DNA of 64,000 bases from Octopus sinensis (Eukaryota). The stretch lies in NCBI RefSeq assembly GCF_006345805.1, contig NW_021836290.1, positions 62,001 through 126,000 of the forward strand, written 5' to 3'. The notes beneath the pieces are model-generated. The model did not search any database. It saw only the letters and a list, made by a program, of their open reading frames with translations, and was not told the origin of the DNA. Below, piece after piece: positions 39,722 through 51,829 of this stretch. A program made the position numbers and the translations under genes. Every line of letters starts with the position of its first letter. Position 1 is the stretch's first letter.

Positions 39722-42185
39722 AGTAGTGTTTCCAGCTGTTTGTCATTTGTAGCGTATAGTTTTAGGTCATCCATATATAAAAGGTGGCTGATCGTTTTGC
39801 CGTAACATTTATATCCGCATCCAGTTCTATTTAGCATATCAGATAGAGGTGACAGTACCAAGCAGAAAAGGAGAGGAGAGAGCGTGTCTCCCTGGAAAAT
39901 TCCTCTTCTAATGGGGATGGCTTAGGTTTTCACTAGTCCCTCTTTTGTTTGGAGCTGTAGCACTGTTTGCCATTTATTCATAGAGTGTCCTATGTATTTT
40001 ATAATTGTTGGTGCTACTTCGTTAATGGCTTGTGTTTCGCGGATCCATGTGTGGGGGATGCTATCAAACGCCTTTCTGTAGTCGATCCAGGCCATACTGA
40101 GGCCTTTCTTCTTTCTGTGGCTGTCTTCAGTTATGGCTTTATTGATCATTAGTTGATCTTTACAGCCATATGAGCCTTTGCGGCATCCTTTCTGCTCTTC
40201 TGGAAACAGGTTGTTTTCGTCCAGGTGCTTGTTTAATCTTTGTGATATTACTGCAGTGAATGCTTTGTACATTGTAGGGAGACAGGTTATGGGTCTGTAG
40301 TTTTCTGGTTTTGCTGTCTCATTGGATTTGGGAATTAAGATGGTTTTCCCCTTCGTGAGCCATTCAGACATTGTCTCTGGCTCTGCCAGTATGTTGTTAT
40401 AGTTTTCAACCAGCTTTTTGTGCATTCCTGTCAGATATTTCAACCAGAAGTTGGGGATCTTGTCATGCCCAGGTGCCTTCCAGTTACTTAGTCTTTGCAG
40501 TGCCTGGGTGACCTCTTCAGTTGTTATGGGGGTCCAAAGTTGCTCAGATGCTGAGTTTGTTGTTTTGATACTCCTCTTTTTTGGTTGTTCTTTCGCCGAC
40601 CATATTTCTTTACAGAATTCTTCCATTTCTTCTGCCGTTGGTGCTGCAGTGATGTCTATTTTATTTTTGCCAAGTTCTTGGTAGAACTTTTGGTGTTTGG
40701 AGTTGAACTGTTCGTTTTGTTCAAAGAAACGTTGGCGTTTCTCATACCGGCGGATCCTTTCTACTTTGACAAGGATATCTTGCTTTAGCTTTTCTTTTAT
40801 CTCAGGTAAATCTTTTTCTGTGATGTTGTATTTGCACAGTATTTTTGCTTTCTTTTTGTTGCTTAGTAGCGTTGATTGTCTACTGATTTCATTAAGAATC
40901 GACAGATCTTTTCTCATTTTTTGTATTTTGTTTTGGATGTTATTTATCCACAGGGTTTGTTTGGGTGGTGGTACTCCTGTTTGGATAGGTTTGAGGGAGT
41001 ATCCAGCTTCTTTTGTGGCTGCAGTGGCTGCTGCATATACTAAGTCATTTAGCTCAGTGATATCGCAATTTGTTTCAGTGGCCAGGTTTATGCTGTTTAT
41101 AATTGATGTTGTTTTTTTGTCTATTTTGATTTTTGGGAGGTATGGTCGGGGGTCCATTTTGAGATCTGTGTTTTTCAGTTCTTTGATTATTCTACTTTTT
41201 ATAGTATCATAATCATTAGGCTCCTCTTCGTTATTTCCAGGTTCTAGATTTGTGTCGCTTTTTTTCTCATTCGTATGTTTGTCTGTCGTGTTTTGGCTTG
41301 CTGCTTGTCGTGCATTATTATGCTTTCTTACGGTCTGGATTTGTTGTTTTTTGTTTACATCGTTTTTGTTTGAAATGTTATGTTTGTCTTCGTGTTTTAC
41401 TATCTCAGTGTTTATATTATTTGGCATTGTTGTGTGGCTTCTATCTACATTTTCCTGATGTATTTTTTCTATTAAATGTTCTATTTCTATTTCTGATATT
41501 TTTTTGCGTTGAGAATATATCTTCGTATGTTAGCTAGTTTATTAGGGTTCATTGCTGTTTCCAAGTCTTTGTTTATGTTATTTTTCTTCCATATTTTATA
41601 TGTATATGTTGTTGTGTTTTCGTTCTTTGGGTAGACCACTGCTGTAAAGTAAGCGTGTAGGATTGAAATGTATTCCTTACGTGTCCATGTATGCCTTTTT
41701 GATTTTATTTGCGGAATATGAGGAACAACGTCCGACCCATTATTTTGACGGTCGTCACTTTTGTAGGGTACCGGTCCGTTCATTTCTGTTGTCACATTGT
41801 TTTGCACGTGTAGTTTTTCGTACTTTTTGTGTAACAAATTTAAAGTACGTACTTCTCGATTGTTATTCTTGGGTTGAATAATACCGGTATTATTTAATTT
41901 ATTCGTAGTGTTTTTGTACATGGTGTTTGGGGCCAGAGATGATCTGTTGTTGATAGATCGTAATGTATCAAGCATGTTTACATGGTTGGAGATGATATTG
42001 AGTTAAAATACATCATTTCGTTTGGAAAATAGCAATAAATATTTCAATGAGTATTACTTACTCGGATATAGTCCAATCCTTTGTCAGTTATTTTTTAGCT
42101 CCATGCGATGTCTTTGTTTCCGATGTTTGTGGATAGATTTCGGAGCACTGTTTTATCGCTCTCACATGTTAAACGTCCCCCGGTG
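39544..42185 (-). mobile_element. R4/Dong-like LINE, 5'-complete, RT truncated at its 3' side
   Basis: ORF pieces 41487-41975, 39922-41427 (WKAPGHDKIPNFWLK, PENYRPITCL, MAWIDYRKAFDSIPH) and 39544-39861 (LLYMDDLKLY, YKYLGI); 5' end abuts (TAA)n. Confidence 0.92.
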
Positions 42186-42241
<56 letters not shown>

Positions 42242-42270
42242 GTTGTTTGTTGTTGTTGTTGTTGTTGTTA

Positions 42271-42337
<67 letters not shown>

Positions 42338-42339
42338 GT

Positions 42340-42810
42340 GACGGGTTGGAATTAACAATATTAATGTTGGAACTCCCAGAAAATGAACTTTTATTTAGCA
42401 GATTGGTATTATGATAAGATATAATTGGTGAAAGATTCTTTGTGTTGGAAAAGGCAACTCTAACCATATGAGAGTTAATAATCGAATAACATCTAGAATT
42501 TTTTGGAAAGTTCTTACCAACCACTTCACGGAATTGCAAAGTAAGATTCGATTAAATTTGTTTTCCAGAGGGAATTACAAACCAGATAGTTTTCCTAGTA
42601 ACATTCAAATTGTAAGTGGTATTATCTTTATAAGAATGTGAAATACCTCTAGAGTGAAAAAATGAGCTTAAATAACGCTTGCCTCCCTTACTCCGTAAAG
42701 GAATTTTTTTATGTCTTGTGTTGTTTACAATATCAGAATTAAAATCACTCTTATTATTACAACTAGATTTTTTGTCTTGAACAGTAGCTGAAGCTCGTTT
42801 TTTCACTCTG
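42340..42810 (-). mobile_element. Penelope-like element fragment (thumb-linker), related to the 54686-57745 element
   Basis: IWFVIPSGKQI and QFREVVGKNFPKNSRCYSIINSHMVRVAFSNTKNLSPIISYHN match 55990-56180 (IWFVIPFGKQI..QFRQAIARNFPRNSRY..KVRIAFSNTKNLSQIISSHN). Confidence 0.8.
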
Positions 42811-44303
42811 TAATTCCTTCAACCGGTATCCCATCAATGACCATCTTGTTTATGCTTTGCTATATTCTATTCAATATCGTTTTCTTTTCGATGTTAGCTA
42901 TTTTAGTAGTGTAATATTTGAAGGGAGATTTGACTACAAGTAATCAAGTGGTCGTTAATATTGGTTTCAGATGTTGGCATAAGGCCTGCAGTTTCGCGGA
43001 AGGGGGTAAATCGACTCCTGTGCGTAAATGGTATTTAATTCATCAATCCCGAAATGATGAAATGTAAAGTCGACCTCGGCGTAATTTGAACTCAGAACGT
43101 AAAAACGGACAAAATGGCGCTAAGCATTTTGCTCGGTATGCAAGCGATTCTGCCAGTCCACAGCCTTCAAGCGTTAATTAATATTGGTAGTTATAGTAGT
43201 TAGTATCGATAACTATCGTAGTTATTATTTATAATTATAGTCACAGATATAACGGTTATTAGTAGATGGAGAGTAGTTAGAATTGTGCACGTTGTACACA
43301 ATGTTATGAGTGTCGAGCTAGCTGCTTGTCTAGCTAAATACAATAACTACAGAATAAGTGGAAGTAGAGCCACGAGAGAATACATTTACGGGTATAACAA
43401 GAATGGAATTTACGTCAGCCATACGTAAAGACCGCATAAAATGTGACTGTAATACAGGATATACCCGTACAAACAGACTAATCGAAATATCAGTTTCAAC
43501 AAATATAATGTCTCTCGTAAAATTTTAGAGAAATTATCCAAATAGAAACACCTGGAAACAGAGTCTGCGTGAATGTGCACTCTGAAAACAGGAACAATCT
43601 TTATAATGATAGGGTGGAAATAAAGTTGTCTTTGAGCATCATATATTTTAGACTTTGTAAATCTTCGTTTATTAGTTGTTCAAAAATATCTTCTCTTTCA
43701 GATGGAACACAGTACTGAGCGCAATAGAGGTGGCGATGATCACGTGATATTAACACGAAACTTTAAACCAACTATGACAACAGAAAATTATAGTAAATGA
43801 AAATGAGTACATTTGCTGATTAGGGAGAAGGAAATAGGATCAGAATTCAGTAGACACTTAAATGATAGATTACCGCTGAAAATACATTGATGTTCTATCA
43901 ACGTCTGAAACTAGAATAACTAGAATTTATGGTTGTTTTTACCATCTTATAAAACAAGCGATACTGACAGGCAAGTTTAGATGTGAGAAGTTCCAATACG
44001 AACAGTGAAAGACGATCAAAGTCGTGCCTGTTCCGATCTTACCGAAGTGGTAGTTTGTTGCCTGTGAGGTGATGGATAGTCATAATTTGTTCGTTGTTGT
44101 GTTTAATCTGTGTGTATGTATTTGTTTAATTTCAAAAATAATAAATGCGTCTTAATGGATTTTAAAAATGTTTCCATTCCCACCACATAACATCTATTTG
44201 CACAGGTTTTTAAGTCTTTTTGTCCTATATTGTTCTCTGTATGAATAGATCTTGATGGCAAACTACTATTAGCAACAGCAGTAGTAGTAGTAGTAGTAGT
44301 AGT

Positions 44304-44370
<67 letters not shown>

Positions 44371-44863
44371 TCGTTGTTCATGCTATATCTGCTGATGGTA
44401 GCGGTAGTGTTGCCGTATGTATTATTGCATTTTACGCTGCATACATTTTAAGCGTAATATGTCAATTAAAGAAATTAAAATCGTCGGTTTAATAATGGAT
44501 AATGGATAGTGGTAGTGGGAGGAATAGTTTTAGTGTGTGCTATAAGGTGGGGGTGTAATTGTTTACAAGTGTGGACAATGTAGGTGGCAATACAATGGTG
44601 TACAGTGGTGGGGGCAGCGCTGGTGGTGTGTCAGAAATGTGGGTTCATATACTTAAAAGATGAAATAAATGTTTAAAGACGAACTTTCAAGTCAAAGTTG
44701 ACTCATTTAGCACAATTTCCCTCTCCAACCCACCTACCCTACATTAACACATCTTACACACCCACCCTCACACCTGTAAAAGCATTCGGATCTCGTGAAG
44801 AAAAGCTTTCGGTTTTGAACAAACGTATATCGTGCATAAACATTATACTCATACGCACGCATG

Positions 44864-44908
<45 letters not shown>

Positions 44909-45294
44909 GAATCAGGTTGTGTTTTGTATCGAAAGACATTGTCGCAAATTCTAAATTCAGATTTACCATTTTATTAGGAGAAAGAAAATAACATGGTGGC
45001 AAGTGTTAACAGCACTCGAAGAAAAACAGGTAATTAAGAATTGAGTTTTCATGCTGAGCGTGGTTATCTGATTTTTGTTAGCAGGCAATACTAAAGCAAC
45101 GGACACTTTTTGGTTTTATTAAAATTCATGAGAGAAACATTGTCTTCTAGAAACTGATAACCCGCCAATAATTTATTACAGCGTTTGACCATGAAAAATA
45201 ATTTTCCTTCCTTGACCAGGTAATTCTCACCAATGTTTACGTGAATTATGTGATCCTGTGACCACACCCAACACAGTACCTTTTACCCCTTCAT

Positions 45295-45500
45295 TTGTTA
45301 CAGTCAATACACTGTGGCCATGCTGAGGTACGGCCTCCAAGAATTTTAGTCGAACGAATCAACCGCAATACGTTTATTCTTTTAAAGCCTGATACTTATT
45401 CTATCGGACACTTTTGCCGAATCCCTAAGTTTCGGAGACGTAACTTAGCGGTGTGGTGTTGCCAACACTGGTTGTCGAGTGGTGTAGGAGCCAAACATGC
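45295..45500 (-). mobile_element. SINE, family C, with CR1-like 3' tail
   Basis: Plus-strand ctgtggccatgctg..tacttattctatcgg..ttttgccgaa. Related copies at about 27240-27385 and 33060-33230. Confidence 0.65.
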
Positions 45501-45508
45501 ACACACAC

Positions 45509-45593
<85 letters not shown>

Positions 45594-45661
45594 GTTTAAA
45601 TATTTGTTGTGCAAGATTTTTTATTGGCTAAACTGGCAAAATGACCATTCCGAAATATAAC

Positions 45662-45715
<54 letters not shown>

Positions 45716-45724
45716 ATGTATATA

Positions 45725-45780
45725 CTAGCTGAAGGTGACCCGCTCTACGCGCGGGTAAGAGTGTGGTTGTTACTTTCTGT
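45725..45780 (-). mobile_element. Helitron 3' terminus remnant
   Basis: Minus strand reads acccgcgcgtagagcgggt hairpin, then caccttcagCTAG|T. Confidence 0.55.
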
Positions 45781-46102
45781 TGCTTCCTTTCAGCACGTAA
45801 AAACCACCATCCGAACGTGGCCGATTGCAGCGCCGCCTTGACTGGCTTCTGTGCCAGTGGCACGTAAAAAGCACCAACCGATCGTTGCCGCTGCGAGCCA
45901 CCCTGGCACCTGTGCCGGCGGCACGAAAAAAGCACCCACTACACTCACAGAGTGGTTGGCGTTAGGAAGGTCATCCATCTGTAGAAACACTGCCAGATCA
46001 GACTGGAGCCTGGTGCAGCCTCCTGGCTTCCCAGACCCCGGCCAAACTGTCCAACCCGTGCTAGGACGGAAAACGGACGTTAAACGATGATGATGATGAT
46101 GA
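45780..46102 (+). mobile_element. SINE with RTE-like 3' tail
   Basis: GC-rich body with repeated gcacgtaaaaagcacc motifs; ends ggaaaacggacgttaaac(gat)n. Confidence 0.6.
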
Positions 46103-46611
46103 TTCTCCCTCTTTGTTTCTCTCTCCTTTCTCTCTCACTTTCCCACTCTCTTACTTTTCTTTTCTCTCGGACTCTCCCTCGCTTTCTCTTACTCTCTATC
46201 TTTATCTATCTCTCTCCCATTTATAAACAACAAAAGATCTTGAGTAGGTTGAGAAATAAAATATTTAGAAAGATCAATCATAAATATCAGGCAGTGGCAA
46301 CGGAAAGGTCTGTTTCAAGGCAGACAGCAAAACGCTAACATTTAAAAGGGACAGACGAACTTGCGAGCTGAATAAAAATAATAAAATATTGGAAAACAAA
46401 GTTTGAAGGGATAGAATCTGAGGATAGTAGAGTCACCATCACTGGCATTTCTTAACGACGGACAGCAACGTATTGACAGTTTAACGGCTGGCGTAAAATT
46501 TTGAACTTGGTGTAAAAGAAAATTCGTAAACACCAAATTTTGAAGTATGTACATGTATATATATGTATATATGTATATGTGAATATATATATATGTATAT
46601 ATATGTATATA

Positions 46612-46720
<109 letters not shown>

Positions 46721-46754
46721 ATATATATGTACTTTTTGTTTTTGTTTTTGTCTT

Positions 46755-48985
46755 TGTTTCAGCTCAGAACTGCGGCCATGCTGATGCACCGCCGTTTTCT
46801 GCTACACTGTTATTACTAAGAGCCTCCTCTAATATGTGGCACTTGGTGAAGAATGGAGTTTGATATAGCTACCTCATTTGCACCTCTTGCCGTGGGGTAG
46901 GTTCATCTGGGACTCTCGACAGGAAGATGTCCAGCTTTGATTTAAAAACCGCTACATCTACTTTGTGCAAGTTCCTCAGACTTTTTGGGAGAATATTAAA
47001 AAGCTGTGGGCCCTTGAAACCCAGGCTGTTGCAGTAGCTAGTTCTGAAGCGTGATGGCATTGCTGGGATATTTGGCACTATGCAGTGTCGCCCCGTTCTA
47101 GCATTGGTGTAGCTTACAATGCCAAAATTTGGCACAATTCCTTCCAGGATCTTCCAGATATATATTACTGCATACCTCTCCCGTCTTCTCTCCAAGGAAT
47201 AGAGTCTTAGCTGTTTCAACCTTTCCCAGTAGCTGAGCTGTTGCAAAGAGACGATCTTCTTCGTGAATCTTCTCTGGATTGCTTCAAGGTCCGCTGTTAA
47301 TTTCACACTGGTGGGTGACCATAGCTGTGAGCAGTAATCCAGGCGGCTGAGGACGAATGTCCGCCAGAGGAGCATCATGGTTTCCTTATCTCTGGTACTG
47401 AATGTTCTTAGAATCCACCCAGTCAGTCGTCTGCACTTTGTCGCCATCCTGGTAATGTGCACTTGGAAAGAGGTATCATCACTCATGTCGATACCCAGGT
47501 CCCTCACAGACTTAGGCTCTGGGATTGAAATTCCCTGTGGACCGGTGTACCCTGTAAGTTTAATATTCAGTTTTGGATGCTGGTAGCACAGGGTCTGGAA
47601 TTTTTCAGCATTAAACTGCATATTATTATCCTCAGCCCATCTGTAAATTGAGTCCAACTCCTGCTGCAGGTGTGCAACATCGCTGGAGTTCTGTATTTTC
47701 TGTGAGACTTTCGTATCGTCTGCATAGCTTGCCAGAGTGGCTATACGGGCATTTTAGGGCATATCTGAGAGGGCCACTATAAAAAGCAGTGGTCCCAAGA
47801 CAGTGCCCTGTGGAACACCGCTCACTATTTGTGTGTTCATAGAGGTGGCCCCATTAATCACTACTGCCTGACTCCTATCTTTCAGGAAGTCATGTAACCA
47901 CACTCCAAGTTTTCCAGCTATGCCGAGGTCACGCAATTTGTGGGATATGACTTTGCTGATGTGTGAAGTCAGAGAGATAGGCCTATAGTTTTTGGCATCT
48001 GCTCTACTTCCCCCTTTATGTATTGGGCATATTATTCTCTCCTTCAGCTTGCTTTGCAGTCTGCCATTTGCAAGAAAGCTCTGGAAGAGAATCTAGAGGG
48101 GTTTTGCCAGGGCATGCCTACACGATTTGAGGAGAATTGCTGGGAAACCATCAGGACCAGCAGTTGAGTTTGTGTCCACTTCATCTATGGCTAGTAGTAT
48201 ATCTTCTTCGCTAATGTCAATGTATTCTATCGTAACTGCTTCGCTGGTTATAGGTGAGGCGGCAAAAAAATCCACTGGTTCGTTCACTTGTCTGTGTTAC
48301 AACGGGGTGGTAAAGACACTTCTGAATTGATCATTCAGTATCTCACTGATCTCAGTTGGACTGTCTGTGAGTGAGCCATCCTTTTGGAGGAGGGGCCCTA
48401 TCTTGTAGTGTACTGAGACTGTTTCTTTCGCGTAATGAAAGAAAGCCTTTGGGTTTGATTTTATGTTTTTTATAACCCAGGTTTCTTTGTCTGCTTTCTC
48501 CCTCATATAGGATTGTTGCAGCCTTTTTTCGATCTCCATCAGTGTTGTTTTAGGCGGGACGTTTCGCTACTTTTGGGATGTTGGTTGAGTCGATTTGCAA
48601 CCTTCGTCCGTCGTCTCATGATGATCCTCCTGTCTCTTGGAATCTTGCTCCTATTTGTTTTGGCCTTGTGCTCTGGGACATATTTCTGGCATACGGCTTG
48701 CACAGAAGACATGAAACATTCTAGTTTCATGTCAATGTCTAGTGTGGAGAGACATTTCGGCCAGTCCTCTCTGAGGATCTCTTTTTAGATCGATTTCCAA
48801 TCTGCTTTGTGGAAGTTCAGATTGGAGAGATTTCGGGTGTTTCCTGTAGGCTATATGTCTCTGTTTACCTTAGGCACAAACATAGACAGCTCTATTATGT
48901 TGTGATCCGAGACTAATGTCGGTGTCACTTTCACATCATGAATGATGTCCATATTGTTCATGAAGCAGAGATCCAGAAAGTTATT
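46755..48985 (-). mobile_element. CR1-group LINE, copy 3 (3'-complete, internal deletions)
   Basis: ORF 46869-47657 (RLDYCSQLW, LKQLRLYSLERRRERY), [21 protein letters not shown]; 3' tail at 46755-46800; 5' side cut by a TA/TG microsatellite. Confidence 0.9.
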
Positions 48986-49560
48986 CGACCTATATATGTA
49001 TGTATATATATATGTATGCATATATATGTATATGTATATATATATATACATATATGTATGTATATATGTATGTATATGTATGTATATATATATATATGTA
49101 TGTGTATATATATTTGTATATATATATGTATGTATATACATATGTATGTATATATATGTATGTATATACATATGTATGTATATACATATGTGTGTTTATA
49201 TATATGTGTGTATATACATGTATATATATGTATGTATATATATATACGTATGTATATATGTAAGTATATATATATGTATGTATTTATATATGTATGTATA
49301 TATATATACATGTATTATACACATGTATTTATATGTATATGCATGTATATATATATGTGTATGTATATATATATATATGTATGTATATATATATATGTAT
49401 ATGTATATATATATATGTATATGTATGTATATATGTATATGTATGTATATATATATATATGTATGTATATGTATATATATATACATATATATATATATGT
49501 GTATATATATATATATATGTATATATATATGCATATATATGTATATATATGTATGTAAAT
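48985..49560. repeat. Compound (TA)/(TATG) microsatellite
   Basis: About 575 bp low-complexity tract. Confidence 0.9.
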
Positions 49561-50820
49561 TGATCAAAATAAAAACATGATGCCAAGGATTCAGCGGTAC
49601 ATATGTTTCGGGCCTTTATTAGACAGATTTATAACAATGCATAATGTATGTCTGTGGCCTTCTTCAACCGCGCACAACAACTTCCGCAAGGACATGTGTT
49701 ACATCAAAAATTCTTGGTTGGGGATGCAAATCCTCTCATTCGCGTACGACATAATGCGGCAACAGCATAGAATTGAAGCGTCCATCTCTTTCTTCTCTCA
49801 ATGTAGAATGAGGAAATTTGGATGTTGAAGTAATGTAAATAAATTAATAAATAAATACATATATAGACGTGAAGGGACCCGGTAATAAGAGTAGATAGGG
49901 GTAAAGATGGAGGGGCGAGAATTCAGGACGAAGGATAAAAAATATATAAAAAGTGTAAGTATAGAAAAATATAAAAATGTAGAGTATAAAGATATAAAGA
50001 GATATAAGGAGATATAAAGGGGATATAAAGAATATAAAAAAATATAAATGAATATAAAGGTATAAAGTTAAAATAGAAATAAAATAGAAATAAAAATAAA
50101 AATAGGAATAAAAATGATAAAAAATGTAAAAAAATATAAGGATAAGGGATGTATAGTGGTTACGGACCAAACATGGTGGTCAGGAAAATGACAAAATTTG
50201 GTTGTAGAAGTTTTGGGTGTCAATAAATCAACAGGGGCGTCTGGGGACCTAGTGTATTGTAAATCAGAGCTGTTGAGCAGTTAATCTAGTTCCTTGAATT
50301 AAGTGGTCATCTTGTACATACATACCAGCATGGATACATACACCCATTATTGGAAGTCCACCTGAAGATTGTCGATCAAGACAAGAAACGATTGTAGTGG
50401 CGGTTTTTTTGACTATTTATTAAAATTTTATGTATTGATTAAGTCTTTCCTTGTTTGTTTTGCAAAATAGTGGTTTTGTCTCGAATAATATTTTATAATA
50501 TTTTACTATAAAATCGATTTAATCCTAAATCTGATTTTTTCCCTGTAAATTTGGATTTATTCCCTAATATTTATTATTATATATATATATACATATATAC
50601 ACACACACGCACATACACATATACACATACACATACACATATGCATACACATATGCACATGTATACCCATACATACATACGCATATACACACACCCATAT
50701 ATACATACGTACGTCCATCCTTACATACACATACACAGATGCCCACACATACAGGTTTAGATATAAGATATTAAAAGATGTATATAAGAACGCATGTAAA
50801 GAATCACGCACTCATATATG

Positions 50821-50851
<31 letters not shown>

Positions 50852-51329
50852 GTAAAAAATGAAGTTCGAAAATGCTGCTGTATTATACAATTTTTAATTT
50901 TTATATATACATTATAACATGTTTCAGTTCCTGAAATGAACCTTATCAAAAAAAGTTATATATAAAAAGAGACAGCTCATGCCGTCAAACACAAGAAATT
51001 CATTTATAATACACAACGGAGTCAGACATCTTAGAGTTCATGTATAGTTGATATATAGTTCATGTATAGTTGATATATAGTTTGAAGTATATGTTCAAAG
51101 TGTTCGATGCAGTGGCCCACGGTGGCGATACGTATTCAATACAAAAGCAGATCAAAGTGGTGGAAAGCGGTCAATACAGAAGATTGATGTTTCCGAAAGA
51201 GCGAGGAATTCATTTTTACCTTAAGCAATTGTGATGGCCCATGGTGGAAGTTCGCTGGGTGGTTCTAGTGAGTTTTTGTGAAATGCTCGGTTTTATAATG
51301 CCTGTTAGGTGGTCAATCTAGCGTAGCGT

Positions 51330-51662
51330 GACGTCATCAATGTTTTGACCAATCGTTTCGTTAGGTGGCTTTAATCAAGTGGAACGGGACGTCATCATTA
51401 TTTTGACCAATCGCTGCATTATAACTCCCTCTTGTTTGTTTCCTGTCTTGACCAGTCGCTTCGTTAGTCAAGCATAGCGGGACGTCATCCAGATTCTGCC
51501 CAATCACGACTTATAGCTACATTAGATCTGCCCCCTGTCTGTACTTGTTAGGTGACTATTCAAGCAGAAAAGGACGTCATCAATATTCTGACTAATGACT
51601 GTCCCCTGTTTGTATCCTGTCCATTCTAGCAGAGCTAGACGTCATAAACTTGTTGACCAATC
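51330..51662 (+). promoter_or_regulatory. Array of five GACGTCAT-N8-TGACCAATC-like cassettes (CRE-like + CCAAT)
   Basis: Cassettes start at 51330, 51388, 51481, 51573 and 51638, each with an 8-nt spacer. Regulatory function is inferred. Confidence 0.45.
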
Positions 51663-51829
51663 AGAATCGGGTCTGACCCTTAGCTGTATCGTATGTATCA
51701 GGGTCAGATTTGCACGAAAGAATTTTTTTCCTTTTTTACTAAGGCATATTTCTGTCAGAGTGAGTGTCTGTTTGAAGTAGCGGCCGTGGTGAAATTTGGT
51801 TCTCCTTTTCGGAGGACTTATCTTTTGTT

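Noticed and set aside
44050-44068. 19-nt candidate micro-exon (cag|GCAACAAACTACCACTTCG|gtaaga, minus strand) phase-compatible with the Ly6 terminal exon
   Set aside because: Weak polypyrimidine tract, no Cys or LU signature, and such matches occur by chance in 60 kb. It would need RNA-seq support.
46342-46554. Minus-strand ORF containing SIRCCPS, superficially like a Ly6 N-terminus
   Set aside because: Lacks the C-x2-C start motif and convincing splice sites.
50905-50970. Hammerhead-like motif on the minus strand at the 3' end of PLE1 (TTGATAAG-GTTC..GAAC-TGAAACAT..ATGTA)
   Set aside because: The core has C3U and G8A changes and stem I is not adjacent; at best a dead remnant.
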